64,000 nucleotides of DNA from Bugula neritina (GCA_964035545.1 OZ037767.1:32008628-32072627); one strand, 5' to 3'. Counted from the first letter of the stretch, positions 22,631 through 44,853 are shown. Program-made: numbers and translations. Notes: generated by a model not told the origin, from the letters alone.

Positions 22631-25600
22631 AAACTTGAGGAGAAGCCAGAAACTTCAGAACGTGCTTCACCAGAGAACGTCTGTAAGAAAACAATATGTT
22701 CACTAAAGGCAAGCATGGTATGTCACCAAGGTTACTACAAAATGGCTACCATAAGATGGCTACCACAAGATGGTTACCACAAGATGGCTGCTTGGAAAGT
22801 AATATGTGTACATTACGGCTTATAGTTCAATCAATAACAATCAAATATTCAATATTGACAAAAAAATGGTTTATATGAGTAAATGTTATTAAAAGACACA
22901 AACTAAGTAATAGCTATGAACATTATTCACAATTTTCACTTTTATTTAGGATATAATTTAACAATAGGCACCAAAATTAATCCTTATATGTAACAGAAAC
23001 CTCTACAGAAACTTCTACAGAAACCTCTACAGAAACCTCTACAGAAACCTCTACAGAAGCCTCTACAGAAACCTCTACAGAAACCTCTACAGAAACCTCT
23101 ACAGAAACCTCTACAGAACTCACCGGAACCCGTCTGCTGCTATTACGTAGACAATAAAGTTCATGCTAGAGTTTATTAGAATGCTGTCGTAGGCAATGAT
23201 GCTGAAAGTGGGAGCAAATGGGCTGTTTACTCGCCACAGTATCTGTAGTACCATGTCTGGGATCTGAAATTGTAGAAGTAACAGAGTATGGAAATAGTAT
23301 AACAGGATAGTATATGTAGAACAATAGTATAACACAGGATGGGAGATGTACTGTAGGATCACATGCTATTATTTATACCTGGGAGATAAAGAAGAGGATC
23401 ACGATGACAATCAGAGATGGTAAAATCTTGTCGGCAACCCTGACTTGGTCGGCAGTATTCTCTAGTCCTTCTATGTTGTTCTAAAGTGTATACCGTGTAG
23501 CATAGTATAGTATAGTATGACATGGTGTAGTATATATAACAGTGTACAGCATATATTATATCATATATGTAGTATAGTAGAGTATAGTATAGTATAGTAT
23601 GTGGTATAGTATAGTATATAATAGTATATGGTATATCATATAATATGTATAGTGTATACAATGTAGCATAGTATTGTATAATATAGTATAGTATATATAG
23701 CAGTGTATATAGTTGTTATATTACATGAGAGGAAAACTCTATAAATTTGTATACACAACTATGTATATTATATACTATGTACTATGTATATTATATAGGT
23801 CAGCATACAACTATGTATATTATATACTATGTATTATGTATATTATATAGGTCAGCACACAACTATGTATATTATATACTATGTATTATGTACTATTATA
23901 TAGGTCAGCATACAACTATGTATATTATATACTATGTATTATGTACTATTATATAGGTCAGCATACAACTATGTATATTATATACTATGTATTATGTATA
24001 TTATATAGGTCAGCATACAACTATGTATATTATATACTATGTATTATGTACTATTATATAGGTCAGCATACAACTATGTATATTATATACTATGTATTAT
24101 GTACTATTATATAGGTCAGCATACAACTATGTATATTATATACTATGTATTATGTACTATTATATAGATCAGCATACAAACCATAGACTTGAGCTTGAAG
24201 ATGAGTTTCCCGTTAAAGACAGCGAGGGCTCCTAGAGGCAGCACGTACATAGTGGCCATGTAAAGTCCAAAGGCATACGAATATTTGTAGACATGGTTGG
24301 CTCCCAGAGTGTTAGCTGGCATCTCAAAGTAGCCGGTGCAAGGGTTGACCACCTCTTTAGCATTCTAGTATCATACGTAGTATCTCTTTAGCTGATAGAT
24401 GTGTTATATTATACTTATATTAAATACTGTCTTTCTACATGTTATATGCTATGACGTATAATAATACATATAATATACAATCAGTCATATAATCTCCCTT
24501 CAAGATTACAAAATAATCACTCACCTGCCAAATCTTGTAGTACTCAAAGAATCTTGGAATATTGTATACAAGAGAAGAAATCACAATTCCAATTACCACA
24601 CGGTTTGCAATCTCTATTTTGCACCACTTGGGAGCTTTAGTTGAATGACATATATGAATGTACCTACAATATAGGTATAGACCTACAATATAGGTATATA
24701 CCTTCGACATAGGTATATATATACCTTCCATAAGGTGTGGAAGAGAACGTGGTATTGTACACAACATACATGGGAATAGTTGAAAATAATAGCAGTCTGA
24801 CGCACCTGTCAAATGTGACAGCCACTATCGTCCAGGTAGACAAGCTCTGACATATGTAGCTGAACGGCAGCACCCCAATGGTGAAGCTTCCGGCAGCGAA
24901 ATAGTTGACCCAGCCATGAGGAAACACTAAAGTGTAGGCGTACCTGTAAGAAACAGTAGGCGTACCTGTAAGAAACAGTTTCTGTACTGTGTATACTACA
25001 GCTACTACATACAGTACTATGTATACTACAGCTACTACATAGAGTACTATGTATACTACAGCTACTACATAGAGTACTATGTATACTACAGCTACTACAT
25101 ACAGTACTATGTATACTACAGCTACTACATACACTACTATGTATACTACAGCTACTACATAGTATACTATGTATACTATAGCTACTACATACAGTACTAT
25201 GTATACTACAGCTACTACATACAGTACTGTGTATACTACAGCTACTACATAGTATACTATGTATACTACAGCTACTACATACAGTACTATGTATACTACA
25301 GCTACTACATATAGTACTGTGTATACTACAGCTACTACATACAGTACTATGTATACTACAGCTACTACATACACTACTATGTATACTACAGCTACTACAT
25401 ACAGTACTATGTATACTACAGCTACTACATACAGTACTGTGTATACTACAGCTACTACATAGTATACTATGTATACTACAGCTACTACATACAGTACTAT
25501 GTATACTACAGCTACTACATACAGTACTGTGTATACTACAGCTACTACATACAGTACTATGTATACTACAGCTACTACATACAGTACTATGTATACTACA

Positions 25601-26214
25601 GCTACTACATACACTACTATGTATACTACAGCTACTACATACAGTACTGTGTATACTACAGCTACTACATAGAGTACTGTATTATATCATTGCGGACTGT
25701 TACATGACGAGCCAACCTGTGTGCAAACAGATTAGTGGCTATTATCAGGAGAATATCAAATGCTGACAGAGCTTTGAGAAAGGCAGTAGCTGACGTCTTC
25801 CTGTCCATCCGCTGGAAGGTCAGGATTGAGAGGAGATTTCCTATCAGACCGACAGCTGACACTGAGATGATGAGGACGAAGTTGAAGATCTTGAGGGAGG
25901 CATTCGGGTCATCTACAGGCTGCGGGCAGACAACTTCTAAAATGTTGAACTTTCAGCTTTATTTCTAATAATATAATACCTATGATGTGTTTTTAAGTAT
26001 TATCATTACACTACATTTAGGGTAGATAAATAGTTAAAGACTATGGTAATATCTTTATAACCATCATATTATCCTATTGTGTGTGTGTGTGTGTGTGTGT
26101 GTGAGTGTGAGTGTGCGTGCGTGCGTGCGTGCGTGTGTGCGTGCGTGTGTGCGTGTGTGCGTGTGTGCGTGCGTGCGTGCGTGCGTGCGTGTGTGCGTGT
26201 GTGCGTGTGTGCGT

Positions 26215-26280
<66 letters not shown>

Positions 26281-27964
26281 GTGTGTGAGTGATTTGTACA
26301 TCAATTAACATTCACTCGACAGTTTTTCATCATATAAGCATACATATGCCAGTTATATTACATCACATAAGCATACTTATATAACAGTGTAGCTGATAGA
26401 ACAGTAAAAAGAAGCCTGCGCAGGTTCTACACTTTATTCAACAAAATCTACACGTATGTCAGCAACCTGAAGAAGATAATTATAGCATTCGCTCTAACAA
26501 AACTCACGTTTTGTTCTTCTACCTTTTTAAACACATAAATAGAAAGTTGTTTGATCCTGATGTTCAATATGCATGAATCCATTGATTTGTAGGTTAAAGG
26601 TGTGCAAGCATAAGTTGAAGAGATTTGCTATTTTATTATTCAATTTATATTAAATATAAATATACTCAAAAATCAATTAAAGTAATAAGTATATCTATGA
26701 ATAAACTCATCTATAAATGATGAAAAATCTTCTATATATTTACACTCTTATCTTAAAGAAACAAGCTATATAGAAAATTTGCAAAATTAGTCTCTTTCCT
26801 TTGATAGCTTTTCGTACAGTGACATTAACAGACTCTGATAGAGTATAGCCTACGTACTACAGTACTGATATATTAACCTATATGCTATTACTACAGTACT
26901 GATATGTTAACCTATATGCTATTACTACAGTACTGATATGTTAACCTATGTGCTATTACTACAGTACTGATATATTAACCTATATGCTATTACTACAGTA
27001 CTGATATGTTAACCTATGTGCTATTACTACAGTACTGATATATTAACCTATATGCTATTACTACAGTACTGATATGTTAACCTATATGCTATTACTACAG
27101 TACTGATATGTTAACCTATGTGCTATTACTATAATACTGATGTGTAAATGTGTAAATTGTGCCCATGTCAACATGCATTATTCCTTAACTATTGGATAAT
27201 GAAAAATATTCGAACTTTGGGAATAAATTTTTAAATTTTAGTTTCAAGTATTTAAAGAAACATATTCATTATGTGCTAACTAATTACCTGCCTCTACAGC
27301 GAGACTAATTACCTGCCTCTACAGCGAGACTAATTACCTGCCTCTACAGCGAGACCAATTACCTGCCTCTACAGCGAGACCAATTACCTGCCTCTACAGC
27401 GAGACCAATTACCTGCCTCTACAGCGAGACTAATTACTTGCCTCTACAGCGAGACCAATTACCTGCCTCTACAGCGAGACCAATTACCTGCCTCTACAGC
27501 AAGACTAATACCTACCTCTCAAGTCTCACCTCGCTAGGACCTACCTGTCACCTCACTAATACCCACTGTCACCTCAGTAACACCTACCTGTCACCTACCT
27601 GTCACCTCAGTAACACCTACCTGTCACCTCACTAACACCCACCTGTCACCTCACTAACATCTACCTGTCATTTACCTGTCACCTCACTAACATCTACCTG
27701 TCATCTACCTGTCACCTCACTAACACCTACCTACCTGTCACCTCACTAACATATATCTGTCACCTCACTAACATATATCTGTCACATCACTAACACCTAT
27801 CTGTCACCTCACTAACACCCACTTGTCACCTCACTAACACCTACCTGTCACCTCACTAACACCCTGTCACCTCACTAACACCTACCTGTCACCTCACTAA
27901 CACCCTGTCACCTCACTAACACCTGCTTACCTGAGCCAGAAAATGATGAACTGTTGCTTAACAT
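22620..27964 (-). CDS. Class A peptide GPCR, FMRFamide/sex-peptide-receptor-like, about 338 aa
   Basis: Exons (-): 27931-27964, 25717-25936, 24806-24943, 24525-24663, 24182-24364, 23379-23480, 23124-23263, 22620-22680 (1017 nt, in frame). TM1 [11 protein letters not shown]2 LSAFD, DRY across a splice junction, [11 protein letters not shown]7 NSSMNFIVY; N-terminal NSS sequon. First and last exons are less certain. Confidence 0.88.
22992..23118. repeat. 12-bp repeat, about 10 copies, beside the GPCR exon 7 donor
   Basis: Unit ACAGAAACCTCT. Confidence 0.9.
23750..24179. repeat. About 54-bp repeat, about 8 copies, starting at the GPCR exon 5 donor
   Basis: Recurrent GGTCAGCATACAACTATGTATATTATATACTATGTATTATG. 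Confidence 0.9.
24985..25680. repeat. 30-bp minisatellite, about 23 copies, GPCR intron 2
   Basis: Unit GTATACTACAGCTACTACATACAGTACTAT. Confidence 0.95.
26078..26290. repeat. (GT)n/(GCGT)n microsatellite
   Basis: Seen directly in the sequence. Confidence 0.95.
26855..27140. repeat. 34-bp minisatellite, about 8 copies
   Basis: Unit TACTACAGTACTGATATGTTAACCTATATGCTAT. Confidence 0.9.
27278..27925. repeat. Adjacent 25-bp and about 22-bp minisatellites at the start of GPCR intron 1
   Basis: AATTACCTGCCTCTACAGCGAGACC about x9, then CACCTCACTAACACCTACCTGT about x17. Confidence 0.9.
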
Positions 27965-29556
27965 TTCCAATTTTCATAAAAAATCACTAAGGAAAATTTT
28001 TTTAAATGTTTTGAAAACTTTATTCCAATCTCTAACTCTTCACCTGAGGTAATGACTATATCTGCTTCTAATCTTTCTTTCTGGCAGCTTTAATTGATTG
28101 CTCTTACGCAACTTGAAATTAACTGCAACTTGGGAAATCTAAAGAAAAATATTGATGTTTTAGGTAATTTCTTCAAAATACAATAAACGCTGATTGCCAT
28201 ACCTGCTAGCTATAAGGCACTTTTGAAATATTATGTAACACAGAGGTTAATGTGCAGAAAAAAGAAAACTGTCCAAAAACATTATTTTGAAATTTCCTAG
28301 ACTTTCCATTGATGACATTGTGAGCATCTAGTTTTCATGTTTCTTTCATTTTAATTAAAGTATAAACTTATACCTAGTATTCATTTAAGGGTTAATAGTC
28401 ACATAGGAGCTGCTTATAGAAACCATTTGCTTCAATAGATAATAAGAAGTTGTCTTCTCTTAAGGATTGTCACTAAACAGAGGGGTGAGTTAAGTGTGAC
28501 TAGGAATGCTGTTCTATACATGCAGCTACAACGTAGCATATTACTGTGTAGGGAATTATCAGATCTTAACAAAGTACTATAGGATTGTTTTACATGTATT
28601 TTACCTAAAATCAATATCATAATCATATTGACTATCACCGATGAAGGGTGAAGTTGATGACGCAACATCACCATTTAAACCTAACAGTTCACTGTGTGTG
28701 ATCAACAGTATAAAAGAGACACGTAATTCCACTCTTTATATTTTGTGCTTGTCAATTAGGTACATAAAGTGTATATTATTTGTATCTTTAATAAACATCT
28801 TAGCACAATTTGTTCTACACTTGAACAAGCTTTGTTTAAGTGTAGAATAACAGATATCAAGTATAAAGTTTATCTTCTATGCTTGAAGCATTTGTCAAAT
28901 ATTATTTAATAAGTGAGTCAGTGAGGGCTGCCATTCTACACTTTAGGAAGTCTGAATTTCATTTTTTGGCTCTAAATAGCATGACATCATATTTTATATA
29001 TACTTTAGAACTGGTGTTTCTATTTTTGATTTTAGCTACACTCGCATAATTTCAAATGACGAGTTGCTATGTCACCTGGAACTAGTGTATTTATTCAAAT
29101 TCTTACTATGTGAACATAACATACTGTGCATGTTATATGTTATAGTCATTGTGATTATGTAGTGAAATGTGCAAAGCTTACACTATACACAATACATCTA
29201 GCTTTTTGCAAACAAGCCAAGTTTACAACAGTGCAATTCCAGTTTATGTGCTAGTGAACAAGTTACTTTGTATATTATAGTAAAATAAGTAAGTTTCTGT
29301 AATGTATTTTCTTTCTTAATATGCTAGATAAAATTATCTATATAGTGTAAATTTGCTCATTTGCCACAGAGGGTTTATTTTTATAAACTGGTTTTTTGTA
29401 TTATGCTTACATGAATGAGTACTAGGTTTTGTACATTAAAACTTTGTTATTATTTTTAACTTTAGAGGTATTATAGGGTGTCATACCCTTGCATCTAGGC
29501 AAGACGAGGGAAGATTCACGCTAACTTTAGATTAGTACAATATAGACAGCCTACAC

Positions 29557-29901
29557 CACTTGTATAATACGCAAGAGGTGCTATAATACGGCGGTACTTG
29601 TATAATACGTAAGAGGTGCTATAATACGGCAGCACTTGTATAATACGTAAGAGGTGCTATAATACGGCGGTACTTGTATAATACGTAAGAGGTGCTATAA
29701 TACGGCAGCACTTGTATAATACGTAAGAGGTGCTATAATACGGCAGCACTTGTATAATACGTAAGAGCTGCTATAATACGGCAGCACCTTGTATAATACG
29801 TAAGAGGTGCTATAATACGGCAGAACTTGTGTAATACGTAAGAGGTGCTATAATACGGCAGCACTTGTATAATACGTAAGAGGTGCTATAATACGGCAGC
29901 A
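29557..29901. repeat. 38-bp minisatellite, about 9 copies, built from two related halves
   Basis: Unit GCACTTGTATAATACGTAAGAGGTGCTATAATACGGCA. Confidence 0.93.
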
Positions 29902-30248
29902 CCAATATCCAAAAGAACAGGCAAGTCCTTTGTTTCTCATCTGATTATATACTAAACTTGTGCAGACAAAAATATTTCTCTATTCAACAACTTTGTTTAG
30001 TTTTAATAACTTCTTTGATTTTATTCTTTGCTTGTGCATAACCTTTCCATTGTGTTCCGAGTTTGTAGTTGAAAAGCACCACTGTTCAAGTCAACTGTTA
30101 CTTGGCTCTTTTATTTTAAATAGAAACAAATTAGTTTGCTGTAACATCATAGAAAGTGTGCTAAGTCTGCTGCACTGAGTTGAAAGGGCATCAAACCCTC
30201 TCACCCAACCAAACAGTCAGCATTACAGTATTCTTATACGAGGAATAT

Positions 30249-37597
<7,349 letters not shown>

Positions 37598-38960
37598 AAC
37601 CTGCACTAAAAGTGTTTGCTGTTCATGCCCCTGATGCTGTATTTCATTTGTTTATTTGAAAGCAAATTATCTGAAATTTTCATAAATTAAAATATACATA
37701 TAATTTATTTTCAAAAGCTTTAGAAAACTTAATTCATATATTATTTTCTACTTACAGTTTTAAATTACTCTGACATGCAAAGTATTTATGAAAATTGTGC
37801 AAAATTAGAGGAAAGTATTTTCTTGCAAGAGTTTGGAGAAAAAGAAAGCTGACGAAAAGCCAGTATTTGTATGATGTATAGCATAATATATAAATAAGAT
37901 GTTGCTTTATGTTTATAACTTGTCTAAGTTAAGACACTCTAGTATAGTTAGTCTACACAACCTTCTATTTTGAATCAAATTTTAAAATCATTTTGATTAG
38001 GTTATTTCTTCTTGGTGCATTTTTTATTATAATAAAACTGTTAAGTTTAAACTTTACACTTTATACTTCACTCTCCACTCTATATTCTATATTATATGCT
38101 CTATACTATATGCTCTACACTCTATATTCTATATTATATGCTCTATACTATATGCTCTACACTCTACACTCTATATTCTATATTATATGCTCTATACTAT
38201 ATGCTCTACACTCTCCACTCTACATTTTATATTGTATGCTCTATGCTATAATATGCTCTACACTCTATACTCTATATATTCTATATTATATGCTCTATAC
38301 TATAATATTCTCCTGCTATACAGATACAGTCTTATCAAAGGCTTGAGTTGTGAGACATTGCTAGCCACACAAACCAATATTCCACTATACCTGTGTAGAG
38401 CAGACAAGGTGTATACTGATTTTGCAGGGTGTATCAGCCAGACGCATAAACACACCCAAATAATATTTTAATGTATATATAAAAGCATTCACAGTGATAC
38501 ACTTCTTATAAATTCGCACACAAAATCGATATATGTTAGTAAAACTGAATGCAGGTGTGGCATATTTTAGATGAGACGCATGTATAGCTTACATGCTATT
38601 TCCTATTTATCTTGCAATACATAAATACTATATTCATTATTTTCTATCAACAGCCTCATGGAATTCGACAAGTTGGATTAACACCTGTGAAGCATTGCTT
38701 TGCTTATTTAACTTCATTGTCTCATTTATATGCTGTATAGCAGGTCGTTGTTCACCATATAATACATATTTGGTGTTATAAAATAATACCAACTTATTTA
38801 CTCTAAGTTTTTCTCAAATTTTAAGGTCTGTAATTACGGTGATGCTTTTTGATGCAATATTTATACTTTCTAAAAAAACAAAACAGATGATGTAATTTAA
38901 GCCTACACCTACGCTTTGTTGCATTCTTGTGAGAAAGACGCTTATAGAACTATCTGTCTA

Positions 38961-39342
<382 letters not shown>

Positions 39343-40518
39343 AACGTTTTTATGGTCCTTGAATTTGATTAGTTATGCATTGTAGAAAACATACACTAAA
39401 AACCACTATTCATGCAGCCAGTGTGCTGTAGTGTTATATGTTCATACAATAGTAAATTTAATATGAAATGTATTTTATTGTAATGAAATATTAAAGCTGC
39501 ATGACGTAGAGTATCTCCTAAATATATAATATTATTTTGAATTACATCATAGTGTTATACTGCCATGATCCCAAAACGTTTCAAAACACCTATTGAAGGT
39601 ACAAAAGCAGTACAACATAACATGAACTAATTTCAAAAGATTTTTCAGGCAGAATAAATGTTTACTAATGAGTCATAATTAAATATACACAAAGAAGCGT
39701 TTACACCAACGTAGGCATCACATTTGTTGCACAAAGTCAATGTATTTTGGAAAAAAACATTTACTGAATGTTGGCAAGATTTTCATATCAATGTGTCATA
39801 AACAGCAATAAAACATTTAAAAGCACTATTTTTATCCAAACATAGAATCAGCAATATAACCTAACAATAAATAAGCACTATTTACCAAGGTTACAAAAGT
39901 GTTAGAGAAAATTTATTTAATATATTGTAAAGTGTTAGATGAATGTTTAGAATGACTATTCTAACCAAACAGCTGAAAAATATTGTTGAATCAGAGGGTT
40001 CAACACGAAAGTGTTTATCCTGATGACAAAGTAATATGGCGGCTAGCAAATATATTCGTGTACATATTATATAATAGACAATGCCTTCTGTAGCATATCA
40101 TATAACAAAGTTAGCAGAAGGATTTGCCTGTTTTTGTTAAAGTTATTTAATTTTATGAGACTTTAGGAGAAATCAATTATAATCATAATTATTTAATACC
40201 AAATAAATAGGAAATAAACTACACACATCTGTTGATATATAATACACACCTGCATTCATTTTTAATAAGAAACATTGATCATGTGAGAGAGCTAGGTGGC
40301 GTATCAGTGTAATTAATTTTCCCACATATGCACATTCAAAAACAAATTATATGCATTGATTGGCCAAAGTACCCTGTAGAAACAGTTATTATAATAAATG
40401 TTTTAAATAAAGTCTTTCTAATCGTGTTGAATATTGGTTTGAACTGCTTTCAGTGCTACAGCAACACTCCAAGTGCAATATTTTTATAACAAAGTTTTTT
40501 AAAGACCAAATATTTAAT

Positions 40519-41050
40519 CACGCACTGCACACACAGACACACACATGTACACAAACACTTACACACACACACACGCACACACGCACACACGCACACACGC
40601 ACACACGCACACACTCACACACGCACACACGCACACACGCACACACGCACACACGCACACACGCACACACGCACACACTCACACACGCACACACGCACAC
40701 ACGCACACACGCACACACGCACACACGCACACACGTACACACACACGTACACACACACACTCACACACACCCACACACACTCACACACACACTCACACAC
40801 ACTCACACGCACACGCACACACACACACACACGCACGCACACACACACACACGCACACGCACACACACGCACACGCACACACACGCACACACACACACGC
40901 ACACACGCGCACACACACACACACACTCACACACACACTCACACACACACACGCACACGCACACGCACGCGCACGCACACGCACACGCACACGCACACGC
41001 ACACGCACTCACACACACACACTCACACACACACACACTCACACACACCA
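40519..41050. repeat. Compound (CA)n/(CACG)/(CACT) microsatellite
   Basis: Seen directly in the sequence. Confidence 0.95.
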
Positions 41051-41789
41051 CAAGTCTCAGCTTTTTCTCCTTCAATTCTCACTTTCTCACTTATCTCCCC
41101 CGCTTTGTCCTGTTCAACTGTTGTGATTAAAAATTATTTTATTATAAGAAAACTTTGTTAAATTACTTCCAAGTGATTACTTCACTTTGAAGTGAGGTAC
41201 AATCAGCATAGTTCTACAAAACAGGTAGATCCTACTCATGACATCATTGCAAATAAAATAGAAAACATTTTATAATACAATCATATGGTTGGCTTGCAGG
41301 GCTTCCCCTCTACCACGTCTCACATATACTTTAATTACTCTATGCAATGCAAGGTCAACAGTGCAGCTAAGGTATAATCAGTGCTGCTAAGGTATAATCA
41401 GTGCATGCAGCTCTTCAAACCATTCATGTGGCAAACTCTAATCTTAGCAAACAATACTTTTCAACTACAACAATTATGATCTAATAGCAATTGAGAAAAA
41501 ATCGTGGCAAAAATACAAAATGAATAAAATGAAAACTGCATGATCTAAAATACCTTAGCAATTAATTTGTTTAGATAACGTAAACACCCTTACATATATC
41601 TTGTTACCAATGAGTAGCCCAAGTTCCTTCTAGTATTTATAAATCAACTGAATAAAAGGTTAGAATAGTATTATTTACTTTAACACTTCTATTTAAATTG
41701 ATTCGTAATCATAAAGAAAACCTTAATAATTTGCAATTATTGATGAGCTCAATATTAGATATTGCTATAAAATAAGTACTGTTCGTTAC

Positions 41790-42295
41790 TCTGCCTATAG
41801 TATATAATACTGCCTATAGTATAGTACTGCCTATAGTATAATACTGTCTATAGTATATAGTACTGCCTATAGTATAGTGCTGTCTATAGTATATAGTACT
41901 GCCTATAGTATAGTGCTGTCTATAGTATATAGTACTGCCTATAGTATAATACTGTCTATAGTATATAGTACTGCCTATAGTATATAGTACTGCCTATAGT
42001 ATATAGTACTGTCTATAGTATAGCACTGTCTATAGTATAGTACTGCCTATAGTATATAGTACTGTCTATAGTATAATACTGCCTATAGTATATAGTACTG
42101 CCTATAGTATATAGTACTGTCTATAGTATAATACTGTCTATAGTATATAGTACTGCCTATAGTATAGTACTGTCTATAGTATATAGTACTGCCAATAGTA
42201 TAGTACTGCCTATAGTATAATACTGTCTATAGTATATAGTACTATCTATAGTATATAGTACTGCCTATAGTATATAATACTGCCTATAGCATAGC
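41790..42295. repeat. 17-19-bp minisatellite
   Basis: Unit TACTG(C/T)CTATAGTA(TA)TAG. Confidence 0.92.
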
Positions 42296-42646
42296 ACATA
42301 ATATTTGTCACTAATAAACAGATGATATAAACTTTACAAATCATACAGATGTTTGCTCCATTGTAACTAGTTAAGAGAGATCCTTAAAGAGATTGAAATT
42401 TACGATAATAGTGCTTCTATTTCCACTTCCACCAATTGTGTTAGATTTACTATATATGTAGTTTCGTCTTCATTATATTTCACTGAAACGTATTCCATAC
42501 ATGAACAACAGAGACCACTAACAGTTGACCTTATTGTATTGCAATTAGTAGTGAGAAATTGGTAAGGTATGTTATCTAAACAGCATCACAATAGAATAAA
42601 AATTGATTCCCATATTATAATAAATTACCACGACTTTATCATGCCT

Positions 42647-42775
<129 letters not shown>

Positions 42776-43358
42776 TAGCAATAAGACAATTGTTTGAAAT
42801 ATATTATTTCCTTAACTTTTCATAAATGCAATAGTTTTATGAGATAATAAAAAGCTCATCTGTAAATTTCTCCACATGCATTCTAAAATATTTAATGCGA
42901 GTTTATTGCTCAAGCTAAATCATGCCGTAAAACGCTACACTTCATGCGTTAGGTTGTTTGTATTTCAGAACCTTCTTTGCGGTAATGTTGAATAATAGTT
43001 TGGGCCTCCATAGGTACAATTTTTTTTAAAGCTAACGTATTCAATCATTATATTAGCATAATTTTAGCTACAAGCCCAGTTCAGACAACAAATAATGAAA
43101 CAAGACAATCAAATTAAATTATCACTCAACATATGTCAAATATAATTGTGGAAGTGCTCACTTTTCAAAACTAAAACGCCGTTTAACATAGAGACATCAT
43201 GTATATACATTTTTAAATACATATATTTGAGTAACGGCATATACGATATATACTGAAAGCAATGTCTTGAGCCATACATGTGACTTAATTTTTGGGATGC
43301 TGGTTTTTTATAGTAACCAATCAACTGACAGCTACACTCAGTACTCCAGGACAAAGAC

Positions 43359-43368
43359 TATATATAAG
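43359..43368 (+). promoter_or_regulatory. Putative TATA box of the defensin-like gene
   Basis: TATATATAAG lies about 80 nt upstream of the CAG|GTAAGT donor (43445) of a short non-coding first exon. Confidence 0.45.
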
Positions 43369-43570
43369 TAGAGGTTAATTTATACTAGGTATTGTGTGTT
43401 TCTTCTCTGGTATAGCATACTGTAGACTATTAAACATTAGCCAGGTAAGTTAGTAAATGTATTTTACCCTTTAGCTAACATTAACAGTTGTGTTTAATAA
43501 ATTTAAAAATACATTTGTATAGAAATATAAATAGGAATTCACTCAAATTTTTGTAGTTCACAGATTGAAT

Positions 43571-43887
43571 ATGAAGTTCTTCGCTTTCTTATCAATTGCC
43601 ATCATCATCACAGCTCTCCTTGGTAAGTAGAAAACTGCTCTATATTATGTTAATATTGACAAACACTAGTAAAAGTAAGTAACATCATGTGATTGTAAAA
43701 TTAAAGATGGAGATGTAGAGTATGATGTAATCTGTTTCCACTAGGACTGGTGGCAGAGGCTTCTCTGCAGATCTAGAGTATGTCTGGCTGCCTGAGATAT
43801 TGTGAGGTCAGAGGTTACTCTACTGCTAAACAGGTTTCTGGCTTCTGCTTATGCAGAAAGAAAAAAAAAGATTGCGGAGAACTATGA
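43571..43887 (+). pseudogene. Small secreted Cys-rich defensin-like peptide gene with an in-frame TAG (null allele, pseudogene or base error)
   Basis: Coding exons 43571-43622 and 43745-43887 (phase-1 intron) give MKFFAFLSIAIIITALLGLVAEASLQI*SMSGCLRYCEVRGYSTAKQVSGFCLCRKKKKDCGEL. Signal peptide plus CxxxC and CxC motifs. Upstream non-coding exon donor at 43445; AATAAA at 43929. Absent from the ORF track. Confidence 0.7.
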
Positions 43888-44602
43888 TGATGAAACTACG
43901 TTCCCTCATTACTTATAGCCTCCTATTTAATAAAATTCTGCCGTACCTGATTTAATATATTATGTTTGCATAATACAAAATTGCATTCGTTGTAACATTT
44001 CTTGATGTAAGAGAAAAGAGTAAGAGTAAAACAATTATTGCATTTGAAAACAAAACTCAATTAGTGTTTTTTCTTACAAAAATTAAACTATAAGTAGTGT
44101 ATACAGTACTGCGCCTGTGTATAATATAACCTAATCAGGATTCAAATGACATCTTTAATAGTTATCTGCACAATATATTATGTAACCAAAACCTAGTGCC
44201 ATAAAATACTTGCTTTACATGAATCAATTTTCCAAGAGGCGTGAGTTTGGAATTACCCATAGCTTATATACAAAACATTGTTCTCTGTAATTATACTTTA
44301 CATTTCACAGACGCGGTTCATCTAGCTATATTTTACACAGATCTGTTCAGTATGCAGAACCAAATACCCTAAAGGTTAACTTAGTATTGTTTATTAGGAG
44401 GCTGCTATTAAAATCAATCGCAATGTATAAACAACCTCATTACTTGCAATAAAGTTTTGCTATCAGCTTGGATATATGGACTCTATTGTTGAATGTTAAA
44501 TAATAAAGTCATTATCAAAAAGTAATTTTGTTGACCACTGCTCTAATAATCAGGTGAGATAGGTGTATAAATGTTGAATAATATTGTAATGATTGCGATT
44601 GG

Positions 44603-44853
44603 TTGTAATTGTAATGTAATTGTAATGTAATTGTAATGTAATTGTAATGTAATTGTAATGTAATTGTAATGTAATTGTAATGTAATTGTAATGTAATTGT
44701 AATGTAATTGTAATGTAATTGTAATGTAATTGTAATGTAATTGTAATGTGATTTTAATGTGATTTTAATGTAATTTTAATGTAATTGTAATGTAATTGTA
44801 ATGTAATTGTAATGTAATTTTAATGTAATTGTAATGTAATTGTAATGTAATTG
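44603..44853. repeat. 11-bp repeat, about 22 copies
   Basis: Unit TGTAATTGTAA. Confidence 0.93.

Noticed and set aside
29557-29901. CRISPR-like 38-bp repeats containing TATAAT
   Set aside because: Units are contiguous with no unique spacers, there are no cas genes, and the context is eukaryotic; TATAAT is not a bacterial promoter here.
43774-43776. Genome-wide TAG reassignment as the explanation for the defensin-like stop
   Set aside because: TALDO1, both GRLs and the LRR gene end at TAG, and no long conserved exon contains an in-frame TAG.
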